64,000 nucleotides of DNA, taken from positions 2,752,001 to 2,816,000 of the forward strand of contig OX638351.1 in the NCBI GenBank assembly GCA_951813565.1, in the 5' to 3' direction. Origin of the DNA: an uncultured Poribacteria bacterium. GTDB taxonomy: Bacteria; Poribacteria; WGA-4E; WGA-3G. Of this stretch, positions 18,215 to 28,424 are shown piece after piece (position 1 is the first letter of the stretch; the number at the start of each line of letters is the position of its first letter). Made by a program: the position numbers and the translations under genes. A model generated the notes under the pieces. The model saw only the letters and a list, made by a program, of their open reading frames with translations, had not been told where the DNA came from and ran no database searches.

Positions 18215-19480
18215 CTATTCATACGCCTTAACGATCAGAGGAAGTTTCTCGCTGTCTTTACCTAATTCAGCACAGACACCGTTTGGATTTAGCACAGTTA
18301 TTGTTCCTGTGACATCTTGAAGCGGTAAATCACTGTCTTGTTGGGTATAGGCAACGGCAGGACGATCATAATTGTCCTCAACAAAACAATCAATGAAATC
18401 AATCCCACCCATCGTTTGAACTATGTTCGTTTGTGGTAAAGATAACGAAATTGGTGACCATTCACCACCGAACTTTCGATCGGTCGCAGCGTTGATAATA
18501 GCACAATCCGTAAACGTCACGCGTGCACCATGAACCGATTTTTCCTGAACCTTAATGCCGTAAGTAAGGGTGTTTTCTACTGTACAGTTATTAAATTCGA
18601 TGTGTCCATCTGGACCTTTGTCTCTGATTTTGGATACGCGAATACCTGCCCCGTGTCTACTGCTAATGTAGCAATTATCAAAGCGGATCGTCACATCTTC
18701 AGTCTCATTTGTGGTATGTGCCAAGAAGATTTCAATTCCGTCACCAGCGTTGTTGATAAACTGGCAACTGGAGAATTGCACATTTTTGATCCGTTGATCG
18801 GGCAAGTCAGGCTCAATGTCTAAACCGGATGAAGGCGGCGTTCCCCACGTGTTTGAAAACGTGCAGTTTTCAGCTATTAGGTTTTCAGCACTAATCACGC
18901 TGATTCCCTGCCGATAATGGTTTTCACAGACAATGTCGCGTAGCAGCACATTTTCAGAGTGTCTGAGTTCCTTACTCCCATTAACATAAATCCCATCTCC
19001 GCCGCTATCTTTGAGCGATAAACCGTATACCTTTACATTCTTAGAACCGCGTATAGACAAAGTCATTCGCCACTCTGCCTTTGGATACTGTCCATACCAC
19101 CGATGCCATCCCATCTGCTCCAGTACAAGTCCCGTGATATAGTCCTGTTTCCACATACGGAAAGTTGCCCCATATCCGCGTATGGTAAGGTTCTCCACAT
19201 CTTGTGCGGTAAACATTGAATCACCTTTGCCGCGAAATTCACCCCGTTTCGCGGAGACGACTGTCCCTCGCTCAAAAATCAGTTCCTGATTGCTGGCAAG
19301 TTTAATTGGTCGAATTATCCAATCGGAACGCATATTTGGGACGATCAATCGCCGCGCGCCGGAATCAATTGCGGCTTGCAATCCATCTGTAGCATCTTCC
19401 GGCTCAAATCCCCACCATGCAGCATTCGCATCTGTCCTTTTTCCTGACTGTACATCTGCAATCGCTTCAAGATTTTTCAT
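18215..19480 (-). CDS. Right-handed parallel beta-helix (pectin lyase-like) protein
   Basis: DAT.GLQAAID, GGDGIY, RQGISVIS, GLDIEP repeats. Confidence 0.85.
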   Translation of the reverse strand: MKNLEAIADVQSGKRTDANAAWWGFEPEDATDGLQAAIDSGARRLIVPNMRSDWIIRPIKLASNQELIFERGTVVSAKRGEFRGKGDSMFTAQDVENLTIRGYGATFRMWKQDYITGLVLEQMGWHRWYGQYPKAEWRMTLSIRGSKNVKVYGLSLKDSGGDGIYVNGSKELRHSENVLLRDIVCENHYRQGISVISAENLIAENCTFSNTWGTPPSSGLDIEPDLPDQRIKNVQFSSCQFINNAGDGIEIFLAHTTNETEDVTIRFDNCYISSRHGAGIRVSKIRDKGPDGHIEFNNCTVENTLTYGIKVQEKSVHGARVTFTDCAIINAATDRKFGGEWSPISLSLPQTNIVQTMGGIDFIDCFVEDNYDRPAVAYTQQDSDLPLQDVTGTITVLNPNGVCAELGKDSEKLPLIVKAYE

Positions 19481-19545
19481 CGTTTATGCTCCATAATGCA
19501 GTTCCATTAACATAAAATGCCCAAAGAATCAGACCAGTTAAGTTA

Positions 19546-19803
19546 TTAAAGCGCTTTTGGTTCATTCGGAAAAACTTCACGAATAGCATTCCAATCAATT
19601 ATTGCAACCCACAAATCCTCTTCGTCCGAGTATTGTACTATACCGTCCACTTCCAATTCTTCACTGTAAAGAATTAGATGTTGACTATCTCGTAAAGTGA
19701 TTTTCTGACAGGCAATATCTGCCAGAGTGCCTGCACAATTCAAACGTAATCTGCCTTTCGGGTCAGCGTTATGGAAGCCTGCAAAGACTCTTAATTTCTT
19801 CAT
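19546..19803 (-). CDS. Small conserved hypothetical protein
   Basis: MKKLRVFAGFHNADPKGRLRLNC...W.A.IDW; ATG lies 2 nt after the restored stop of the upstream gene. Confidence 0.6.
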   Translation of the reverse strand: MKKLRVFAGFHNADPKGRLRLNCAGTLADIACQKITLRDSQHLILYSEELEVDGIVQYSDEEDLWVAIIDWNAIREVFPNEPKAL

Positions 19804-19805
19804 CA

Positions 19806-20032
19806 CTATTTGAAAACTGCAACTGGTACGAATCGTTTTGTCGCGAGATTTTCCGGGAACGTTTAATGTGTTCAATTTGATCCAATGTCTGTGCAGTCAT
19901 ATATCTCTCACCACAATGAGGACAACAGATTACAGGCACATTTTCAATAACCAGGAGCGATTCCCCTTTTCCGTAACTACGAGTAAGATAACGTTGACGC
20001 GCTCCTTCTTTTCCACACACATCGCAAGTCAT
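19806..20032 (-). pseudogene. YgiT/MqsA-type zinc-finger antitoxin with -1 frameshift near the C-terminus
   Basis: CDVC...IENVP..CCPHCGE; restoring one base at TTTT 19849-19852 gives the family-like ending RKNLATKRFVPVAVFK*. Confidence 0.75.
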
Positions 20033-20061
20033 AGTATCACCCCTTGCTATCGGAAAATCTA

Positions 20062-21345
20062 TTATAACGCAAACGTCTTCTCATCATCAAGATCCATCAT
20101 CGCGAACCAAGTATTGATATCCGCAGGGTCAGCATCAAGTTTTTTGAGCATTTTCGCCATCATCGCTTTATACCGTTCGGTTTCGGGACCCATTTGCGTC
20201 ATCTTTTCATTAAATGCTTTGATGTCCGCTTCGCTTTTTGAATAGTTCTGCTTCAGCCATGCCTCTACCGCCGCATCGGTTGACAACGTCTTTAGTGCCT
20301 CAGTAAAATCAGCAGGGGGCACTCCCAAAAATCCAAGCGCCATCCTATCCATTCCTGAATCTTCTCCATAAAAATAAGGTCCCAAGGTGTTGCCAATAAA
20401 TGCCCTACCTTTGTCAATCAATCGGGCAAGATGCACCATACCGTATACATCAGTATTGTAAGGGCTGCGTGGTGCACGACGATTGAGGTCAACGATACCG
20501 AAACTCAACTGATCGTCTAAATCTTGGAGTGCCACCCACGTGGTGATGTCCGTGCGGGTCGGATCTACTTCTTGGCGGCGTGCTTCAAAACGTTCCCGTG
20601 AAGCTTCATCAGGACCACGATTGACCATAGCATGATTGTACGCCTCAATCTCATCTTGTGATTTATTGCAGTTTTCCTGCACCCATTCACCTATCTCAAT
20701 ATCGTTCGGATTGTTAACCGCTGCTTCCTGAAAATCATCGGCAGAAACACCAAGGAACGTCAAAATTCGCACATCTTGTCCAGAAATATCGCCATATTTA
20801 TAGTCACCGATTTTTCCTGCGCGTTCCGCGCGTGCTTTATCCGCCATGCGTGCCACACCGCAGATACCTGCAACGTCCCTTGCACGTGCACTGCGTGGTG
20901 GGCGTGCAGTGAGATCTACCTGCCAGAAACATCCCCAATCGTCCAGTTCAATGGACTGCAGTACTGTCTTAATATCGGTGCGATCTGGCGCGAACTTTGC
21001 AAGCCTTTCTTTTAGAAGTTGCTGATGCTTTTTGTCTGTCGGTAGCCGTTCCAATTCCGATTGGTTGAATGCTGCAATCTCCTCATCTGTTTTCTTTCCC
21101 TTTTCAAGCATCCAACTACTGAGTGTCGCATCATCGGACTCGTCAGCTGCCTCCGCAAAATCGTCTGCTGAAATATCCAAAAACGCTAATATGCGCCGAT
21201 CTAAACCTGAATGATTTCCATAGACAAAATCGCCGAGGGTTTCCTCGTTATGTGCGCGTGCTTTGTCTGTCATGCGTGCCGCGCCGACAATCCCTGCAAC
21301 ACCCAGGTTTGAAGGACGACGTGGTGGTTGGCGTGTTAAATCCAT
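20062..21345 (-). CDS. Protein with three tandem DUF5069-like domains
   Basis: Three repeats of DL...PR......G....ARM.DK.RA...G...YG..SG.D...L.FL. Confidence 0.8.
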   Translation of the reverse strand: MDLTRQPPRRPSNLGVAGIVGAARMTDKARAHNEETLGDFVYGNHSGLDRRILAFLDISADDFAEAADESDDATLSSWMLEKGKKTDEEIAAFNQSELERLPTDKKHQQLLKERLAKFAPDRTDIKTVLQSIELDDWGCFWQVDLTARPPRSARARDVAGICGVARMADKARAERAGKIGDYKYGDISGQDVRILTFLGVSADDFQEAAVNNPNDIEIGEWVQENCNKSQDEIEAYNHAMVNRGPDEASRERFEARRQEVDPTRTDITTWVALQDLDDQLSFGIVDLNRRAPRSPYNTDVYGMVHLARLIDKGRAFIGNTLGPYFYGEDSGMDRMALGFLGVPPADFTEALKTLSTDAAVEAWLKQNYSKSEADIKAFNEKMTQMGPETERYKAMMAKMLKKLDADPADINTWFAMMDLDDEKTFAL

Positions 21346-21486
21346 AATTCGTTTCCTTTCAATTTATTTTAAAATATGGTATCATATCTGTTATGACATT
21401 GTATCATATTTAGTAAGTGTGTCAATAAAAAACTGGCAGAATTGTGTCATACGAATAGCATTGCAGAAACAGGAAATTCACATCTC

Positions 21487-23835
21487 ATGAGACATAGAAT
21501 CAAATCTTTCTTGAGTTTACTGGAAAAAACTTTTGTGTTTCTCTTTTCACCAGATTTATGGATGGAGAAGAAAGCGAAAGATTCCATTGTCCGCTTAGTG
21601 AGCAAAGGTGACAAATCAAATACTCTTGGCTGTGGCTTCTTTGTGGACAAAAACAAGATTGCAACAAGTATTCATGTGGTCGCACAACCTGATCCCATTT
21701 TCGCAAAACTTAGCGATAAAGAGGAAATCTTATCAATTGAAGGCATTGTAGCTTATGATGTTAAAAACAATCTCGTTATCTTAAAACTCTCTGGTGAAGG
21801 TACTCCACTGCAGATAGGTGACAGTGATGCGGTTCAAACCGATGAGTCAGTTTCTGTTATAGGATACTCTGACGGAAAGTACAAGGTTAGAAAAGGGAAA
21901 GTACATAATATCCGAAACAGTGACAAATGGATCCGGACGAAAGTCAACACTTCTTCAGTGCGTAGTGGATCTCCAGTCATAAACAGTAAGCAAGAGGTTA
22001 TTGGGATTGTTGCTTGGTTTGGGGTTTGCACTTATGCTATTCCCACAAGTGCTCTCAAGGTCTTGCTTCCAAAATTAGACGTAATGGAATCTTTGGCAGA
22101 CTGGCAAAAACGAGAACTTATCCGTGCCTATACTTACTTCAATGAGGGTAAAAATAAATATAACGCTGAGGACTTTGATGGAGCAGCAGCAGCTTTCAAT
22201 AAAGCTATTCAACTAAATCCGGAATATACCTTTGCCTACTTCGAGCGTGGAGTCACGAAGTCCAATCTTGGCGACTATTCTGGTGCAATAGATGACTATA
22301 CTCGCGTTATAAAACTAAACTCTGAGTACGCTGATGCCTACAACAATCGCGGATGGATGAAGTATACGCTTGGTAAATCTAAAGCAGGTCAAGGAAATGC
22401 AGCAGAAGCACAGAATTTCTATCAAGAAGCGATAGATGACTACACGCAAACAACTACGATTGACCTTGAGCATCCTCTTGCTTACGATAATCGCGGATGG
22501 GCAAAGGCTGCTCTTGGTGACATAGTATCCGCTCAGGGGAATCCGGAGAAAGCACGCAGCTTGTATCAATCGGGTATCGCCGACTATTTTAAATTAGCAG
22601 ATGCAAATGCACAGAAATCAGGATCGGATTCCGAAAAAGGCAGAGAATCTACAGTCCGTGTCATGTGCTGGACTGGACCTTCGAGTGAATTTCCCTATGG
22701 TAGCGGGTTCTTCGTAGATAAGGACAAGATTGTAACAAACATCCACGTTGTTGCAAGACCCGGTCCCATATTCGCAAAACTAAATGATAAAAAAACAATC
22801 TGGACAGTTGAAGGTGTAACCGCGTATGATATAGAATACGATATCGTTGTCCTAAAACTTGCAGGTGAAGGCACACCATTGCCTTTGGGAAACAGCGATA
22901 CAGTTCAAAGAGGTGAACCTGTTGTTGCTGTGGGATATCCCGATAGAAAATACAAGGTCAGTTCTGGAAATGTACACGGCATACGAAATAGCGACAAATT
23001 GCTTGGAACCACAGCTGAATCTGCCAAAGGAAGCAGTGGCGGCCCAGTGTTAAATGGCAAAGGAGAAGTTGTCGGGATTACCACTCGATCGGACTATTAC
23101 AACTTCTCTGTTCCATCAAACAGACTTAAGGTATTACTCGCTCAATCTGGACCATCGGAACCTTTGGAACAGTGGCATCAGCGCGACCATATCCGCGCTT
23201 ACGCTTACCACCTTGAAGGAGAAGTTAGATTCAATGCTGGAGACGATGCCAACGCGATAGTTAGCTTTGATAACGCAATCCTACAAAACCCTAAACATAT
23301 TCTCGCATACTTCTGGCGTGGACGAGCAAAGACTAATCTTGGTAAATCTAAAGCAGATCAAGGGGATATAACAGAAGCACAGCAACTTTATCAAGCAGCT
23401 ATAGACGACAACACACTAACCCTCAAGATTAATCCAGAGTTTGCCCTCGCCTACAATAATCGAGGGTGGACACAGCATGAATTTGGAAAATCTAAAGCAG
23501 GTCAAGGTGATGTAGCAGAAGCACAACAACTTTATAAAGCAGCAATTAATGACTATACACGCTCAATTAAGATTGACCCTAAATATACTTTCCCTTATTT
23601 CTCTCGGGGACTCACGAGAACGGCCCTCGGTAAATCTAAAGCGGAAAAAGGCAGTATAGCAGAAGCGAAAAAACTTTATCAGAAAGCAATTGATGATTAT
23701 ACACAAGCAATCAAGATTGACCCAAAGCATGTGCTTGCTCACTATAATCGTGGAAACGCAAAAAAAGCACTTGGACAGTCTGATGAAGCAGAAAAGGACT
23801 TTACAAAGGCGATAGAACTGGAAGCCGAAAAATGA
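21487..23835 (+). CDS. Tandem trypsin-like peptidase + TPR protein (two protease domains)
   Basis: GFFV...IAT.IHVV, SGSP/GSSGGP motifs, AY.NRG TPRs; start set at ATG 21487 after ACAGGA. Confidence 0.88.
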   Translation: MRHRIKSFLSLLEKTFVFLFSPDLWMEKKAKDSIVRLVSKGDKSNTLGCGFFVDKNKIATSIHVVAQPDPIFAKLSDKEEILSIEGIVAYDVKNNLVILKLSGEGTPLQIGDSDAVQTDESVSVIGYSDGKYKVRKGKVHNIRNSDKWIRTKVNTSSVRSGSPVINSKQEVIGIVAWFGVCTYAIPTSALKVLLPKLDVMESLADWQKRELIRAYTYFNEGKNKYNAEDFDGAAAAFNKAIQLNPEYTFAYFERGVTKSNLGDYSGAIDDYTRVIKLNSEYADAYNNRGWMKYTLGKSKAGQGNAAEAQNFYQEAIDDYTQTTTIDLEHPLAYDNRGWAKAALGDIVSAQGNPEKARSLYQSGIADYFKLADANAQKSGSDSEKGRESTVRVMCWTGPSSEFPYGSGFFVDKDKIVTNIHVVARPGPIFAKLNDKKTIWTVEGVTAYDIEYDIVVLKLAGEGTPLPLGNSDTVQRGEPVVAVGYPDRKYKVSSGNVHGIRNSDKLLGTTAESAKGSSGGPVLNGKGEVVGITTRSDYYNFSVPSNRLKVLLAQSGPSEPLEQWHQRDHIRAYAYHLEGEVRFNAGDDANAIVSFDNAILQNPKHILAYFWRGRAKTNLGKSKADQGDITEAQQLYQAAIDDNTLTLKINPEFALAYNNRGWTQHEFGKSKAGQGDVAEAQQLYKAAINDYTRSIKIDPKYTFPYFSRGLTRTALGKSKAEKGSIAEAKKLYQKAIDDYTQAIKIDPKHVLAHYNRGNAKKALGQSDEAEKDFTKAIELEAEK

Positions 23836-23893
23836 TACCACGCGTGCCTGTCTACGATCAGGTATTAGTCTACAAAGATGAAATTTATATCTT

Positions 23894-26659
23894 ATGAAGT
23901 ACAGCATCAAAACTTTCCTGGGTTTATTGGTAACCTTTGCGTTTCTCCTATCCTGTGCACAGGCACCCCAGCAGGTTGCTGAAAAAACTGTAGTCCCACC
24001 AGCAGACATAGCAACCCAAAAAGCAAAAGATTCTACAGTCCGTTTGGTGAGTAAATTTGGAGATGCAGTAAGTTTTAGTAGTGGTTTTTTCGTGGACACG
24101 GATAAAATCGCGACGAATATCCATGTTGTCGCACAGCCCGGACCCGTATTCGCCAAACTTAGCGACAAAGAGACAATCTTGGCAGTTGAAGGTGTTGCAG
24201 CGTTTGATGTGAAAAACAATCTCGTCATTTTAAAACTTTCTGGTGAAGGCACACCATTGCCGATAGGTGACAGTGATACGGTTCAAAGCGGTGAGTCTGT
24301 TTCTGTAATAGGATATCCTGATGGTAAATACAAAGCCTCAACTGGAACTATAGATTACAGGCAAAAAAGTGATAAATGGTTTGAAGTGAAAGTCTCTGTT
24401 TCTAAGGAAAGCAGTGGCGGCCCTGTGCTGAACAGTAAGGGAGAAGTGATCGGTATTGCTGTCGGATATGGTGACGATTCTGGCAACTACGCTATTCCTT
24501 CAAACGCGCTTAAGGCATTGCTTGCACAATCGGTGCCCCTGGAATCTTTGGTAGAGTGGCGGAAGCGGGAAGTTATCCGCGCTGAGGGGCACCACAGTCA
24601 AGGTGAACAAAAATACGCTGCCAAGGACTATAAAAACGCGATAGTTGCCTTTGGTAAAGCCATCACGCTAAACCCTGAGCATGTTCCCGCATACTACAAG
24701 CGGGCAAGGGCGAAGTATTACATAAATGACTATGCGGGTGCGATAGATGATTGTACACACGCTATAAAACTAAATCCTGAACATGCCAGAGCATACAACA
24801 ATCGCGGAAGCACAAAGTTTCGGATTGAGGACTATTCTGGTGCGATAGACGACTATACACACGCTATCAAAATTGATCCTGAGGATGCGGGACTTTACAG
24901 TAATCGCGGAGGAGCAAGGATAAAATTTGGCGAATCCAAATTCAATGGCGGCGATGCGGAAAAAGCACAATATTTATATCAAGAGGCGATTGAAGACTGT
25001 ACTCAAGCGATCAAAATAGAACCTGGGAATTATGGTGCTTATAGGAATCGTGGAATAGCGGCAGCAGCACTTGGAGATGTCGAATCTGAGAGCGGCAATG
25101 CAAGTAAAATAAAATCCTTGTACCAAGGAGGCATCACAGACTATTATAAATCCATCCAACTGAAAAATTCAGAGGATGCTGATGTGCCAATAGCACCCAT
25201 AGAATTTCAGGAAGGCAATGCCTCCACAGTCCACGTGGCAGGTTGGACCAGTGTTTCAAGTGGATTTTTCACCGGTAGCGGCTTCTTTGTGGACACAGAC
25301 AAGATTGCGACAAATATACATGTCGTAGCCAGACCCGGTCCCGTTTTCGCTAAACTCAAGGACGAAGAAACAATTTGGGAAGTTGTGGATGTAACCGCGT
25401 TTGATGTGGAAAACGATCTCGTTGTCCTAAAGATTTCCGGTGAAGGTACGCCGTTACCTTTAGGCGACAGTGATACGATCCAAATTGGGGAATCTATTGT
25501 TACTGTGGGGTACCCCGCAGGAAAATACAAGGTCACCAAGGGGAAAGTACACAACATCCGAAACAACGACAAATGGCTCCTAACAACAGCCAATACTTCT
25601 TCAGGAGGCAGTGGTGCTCCTATGCTAAACAGTAAGGATGAAGTTATAGGGATTAATGCACAGTCAGGCAATTACGGTCGTGCTATCCCCTCAAATACAC
25701 TTAAGGCATTGCTCGCGCGGTCAGAATTAACTGAATCTTTGGAAGAGTGGCAGGAGCGGGAGCTGATCCAGGCCTATGCCTACTTTGTTCAAGGGCACAT
25801 TAAACACACACAAAAAGATTATGAAGGGGCAATAACTGATTTAGACGCAGCCATCCAACTAAGTCCTGAATTTGCCCTCGCTTATTACGAGCGGGCAAAC
25901 GTGTATGAATCCCGTAAGAATCTTAAGGCGGCAATAGTCAATTATGATAAAGCAATTGAGCTAGGTCCTGAAGATGCTATTATCTATCAAAACCGAGGGT
26001 ATTTGAAGCACGACCTTGGTGTAGCTAAAGCAGGTAAAAGTCGAAAGTTAGCAAAAGCACAGAAATTCTTTCAAGAGGCAATAGATGACTATACACATGC
26101 TATCAGGATCGACCCTAAGTTTACTCATGCCTATTTCAATCGCGGGTTAACAAAGCATGACCTCGGTGAATCTAAAGAAGAACAAGGAAATGTAATAGAA
26201 GCAGAAAAACTTTACCACGCAGCAATAGATGACTATACACACGCTATAAAACTAAACCCTGACGATGCCGATACTTTTTACAATCGCGGGTTAACAAAGC
26301 ATGACCTCGGTGAATCTAAAGAAGAACAAGGAAATGTAATAGAAGCAGAAAAACTTTATCACGCAGCAATAGATGACTATACACACGCTATAAAACTAAA
26401 CCCTGACGATGCAGGCACTTTTCACAATCGTGGGGTAGCAAAGCATGACCTCGGAAATTCTAAAGCAGAACAAGGAAATGTAACAGAGGCACAACAATTT
26501 TACCAAACAGCGATAGACGACTATACGGATGCAATAAAGATTAACCCGAAGTATGTCCTTGCTTACTTTTGGCGCGGAAAGACAAAGAAAGCACTCAGAC
26601 AGCATGAGGCAGCGAAAAAGGATTTCAAGAAGGCAAGAGAACTGGAATCGGATCAGTGA
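23894..26659 (+). CDS. Tandem trypsin-like peptidase + TPR lipoprotein, paralog of preceding gene
   Basis: LLSC lipobox; two protease domains (ESSGGP, GGSGAP); many TPRs. Confidence 0.9.
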   Translation: MKYSIKTFLGLLVTFAFLLSCAQAPQQVAEKTVVPPADIATQKAKDSTVRLVSKFGDAVSFSSGFFVDTDKIATNIHVVAQPGPVFAKLSDKETILAVEGVAAFDVKNNLVILKLSGEGTPLPIGDSDTVQSGESVSVIGYPDGKYKASTGTIDYRQKSDKWFEVKVSVSKESSGGPVLNSKGEVIGIAVGYGDDSGNYAIPSNALKALLAQSVPLESLVEWRKREVIRAEGHHSQGEQKYAAKDYKNAIVAFGKAITLNPEHVPAYYKRARAKYYINDYAGAIDDCTHAIKLNPEHARAYNNRGSTKFRIEDYSGAIDDYTHAIKIDPEDAGLYSNRGGARIKFGESKFNGGDAEKAQYLYQEAIEDCTQAIKIEPGNYGAYRNRGIAAAALGDVESESGNASKIKSLYQGGITDYYKSIQLKNSEDADVPIAPIEFQEGNASTVHVAGWTSVSSGFFTGSGFFVDTDKIATNIHVVARPGPVFAKLKDEETIWEVVDVTAFDVENDLVVLKISGEGTPLPLGDSDTIQIGESIVTVGYPAGKYKVTKGKVHNIRNNDKWLLTTANTSSGGSGAPMLNSKDEVIGINAQSGNYGRAIPSNTLKALLARSELTESLEEWQERELIQAYAYFVQGHIKHTQKDYEGAITDLDAAIQLSPEFALAYYERANVYESRKNLKAAIVNYDKAIELGPEDAIIYQNRGYLKHDLGVAKAGKSRKLAKAQKFFQEAIDDYTHAIRIDPKFTHAYFNRGLTKHDLGESKEEQGNVIEAEKLYHAAIDDYTHAIKLNPDDADTFYNRGLTKHDLGESKEEQGNVIEAEKLYHAAIDDYTHAIKLNPDDAGTFHNRGVAKHDLGNSKAEQGNVTEAQQFYQTAIDDYTDAIKINPKYVLAYFWRGKTKKALRQHEAAKKDFKKARELESDQ
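26137..26412 (+). repeat. Intragenic 144-nt (48-aa) near-perfect tandem duplication
   Basis: caatcgcgggttaacaaagcatgacc... starts at 26137 and at 26281. Confidence 0.9.
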
Positions 26660-26702
26660 CAACACACATGACTGTTTACAGCAGGTATAAATTTACAAAC
26701 AA

Positions 26703-28388
26703 ATGAAAAATAAAACTATTCTTATTATCTCTATACTCGGTGTACTGTTTTCAATCATACTAAGCGGCATCTATCTCAACTTTTCCTATTTTGAACCCGA
26801 CACCGTGTCGTATCTATTTCAGGCGAAGCTATTTGCAGAGGGTAAAATCTCAATGCCTGCGCCACCCGAACACGGGTTCTCGTCTTCACCGCATATTAAC
26901 ATATTAAACGGCAAATGGTATTCCAAATATCCATTCGGCAATGCCTTGATGCTAATGTTTGGGGTGTTTGTCAACGCCCCGTGGCTTATTCCTGCGCTTG
27001 CGACAGGTGGTGCGTTGTTCCTGCTTTTTCTTTTTGTGAGAGAAACATACAGTAAACCGATTGCGCTTATTGCTGCTGTGGTTGCACTTATCTCACCTGC
27101 TACTGCAGGTATGGGGTCCACATGGTTTAGCGAACCGGTAAGTCGATTTTATCTTGCGCTCTATCTATTTGCGCTGATCCGCACCTTAAACGGTACAGGT
27201 AATGTCCTTTATCCGCTTCTATCAGGATTTGCTTTGGGATATGCTTTCAACACGCGACCGCTTTCTGCTATCGTTTTTGGCGTTGTCGGTGCGGGCTTCG
27301 CGCTTTATCATCTGTATAAGCCGAGATTGACAGGTGAGTCCAGTGAAACGGAAACGCAAAATCAGAACAATTTACCTACACGCAGGCAGTTAGTATCCCG
27401 GTTGGGGATTTTCTTGATTCCATTTACTACCATGATTTTGGTGTGTATGGCATGGAATCACCATTTTACCGGGAACCCGTTCACGTTTACGCATACCGCC
27501 GCGCAACCTTACGATAAAATAGGGTTCGGTAAACGGACGGAAGGCTACGAACCAGACCTTGAACGCGCATTTGATTTTAAACCCGAATGGGCAATCAAAA
27601 GGACATGGCGACACATTCTCCCATGCATCAGTTTCAACGCATTTGGATGGGGTAATTATCGTCCCAGATTGATTGAAGAAGCTGAGTTTTCAATTGGTTT
27701 TATGATCGACTTTTTACCATTACTTCTACCGTGGTTTTTTGTCCTCATACCCTTTTTCCATGCCTCACGAAACAGATATGATGTGTTATGTGTTGCTTTC
27801 ATTTTGGGGAGTCTGTTGCTTTACGCCTTTTTCTATTTTGAAGGGTCAACATGGGGATTTACACCGGTCAATGCGCGCTACTACACAGAGGCAATATTCC
27901 TCGGTTTCATTCCGCTGGCAGCAAAAGGAATGTTTATACTTTATGAACGACTCAAAAAGCCGATTTTGGAAAACAAACTTACGGATGTTGCAGTGATACG
28001 TTATGTTGCAGTGATATTTTACATTGCTGGAGCATGTTCAGTTCTGATTAGTATAAACACGGTGCAAACTTATGTACGCATCGGGAAAGTGTATCAGAAT
28101 TGGGGTCATGTCTACCAGAAGCTGCCACCGATGGTAGAGGAGCAAAACATTCACAATGCCGTTATTTTCGTATCTCGACACCGAGGTGCACCGATTGGGG
28201 ATTATCCTTTTCAGAGTTTAGAAGAAGCAGATATTATCTATTTTAAACTCGGTCCTGCACCACGATGGAAGTTGACAAATAGCGACTGGAAAGCGGTTTA
28301 TGCACAATATTTTTCCGACAGCAGTAGAAAAGCGTATTTGTATGAACCGGGACAGAATGAACTCAAACCTTTGTCTCTTGATCCTTAG
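26703..28388 (+). CDS. Polytopic membrane glycosyltransferase (GT-C, PMT/ArnT-like)
   Basis: N-terminal EPD..SYLFQA, SKYPFG, many TM helices, NTRP. Confidence 0.75.
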   Translation: MKNKTILIISILGVLFSIILSGIYLNFSYFEPDTVSYLFQAKLFAEGKISMPAPPEHGFSSSPHINILNGKWYSKYPFGNALMLMFGVFVNAPWLIPALATGGALFLLFLFVRETYSKPIALIAAVVALISPATAGMGSTWFSEPVSRFYLALYLFALIRTLNGTGNVLYPLLSGFALGYAFNTRPLSAIVFGVVGAGFALYHLYKPRLTGESSETETQNQNNLPTRRQLVSRLGIFLIPFTTMILVCMAWNHHFTGNPFTFTHTAAQPYDKIGFGKRTEGYEPDLERAFDFKPEWAIKRTWRHILPCISFNAFGWGNYRPRLIEEAEFSIGFMIDFLPLLLPWFFVLIPFFHASRNRYDVLCVAFILGSLLLYAFFYFEGSTWGFTPVNARYYTEAIFLGFIPLAAKGMFILYERLKKPILENKLTDVAVIRYVAVIFYIAGACSVLISINTVQTYVRIGKVYQNWGHVYQKLPPMVEEQNIHNAVIFVSRHRGAPIGDYPFQSLEEADIIYFKLGPAPRWKLTNSDWKAVYAQYFSDSSRKAYLYEPGQNELKPLSLDP

Positions 28389-28424
28389 AGCATGTTCACA
28401 AAACTATTGGTCCACAATGCTGCT

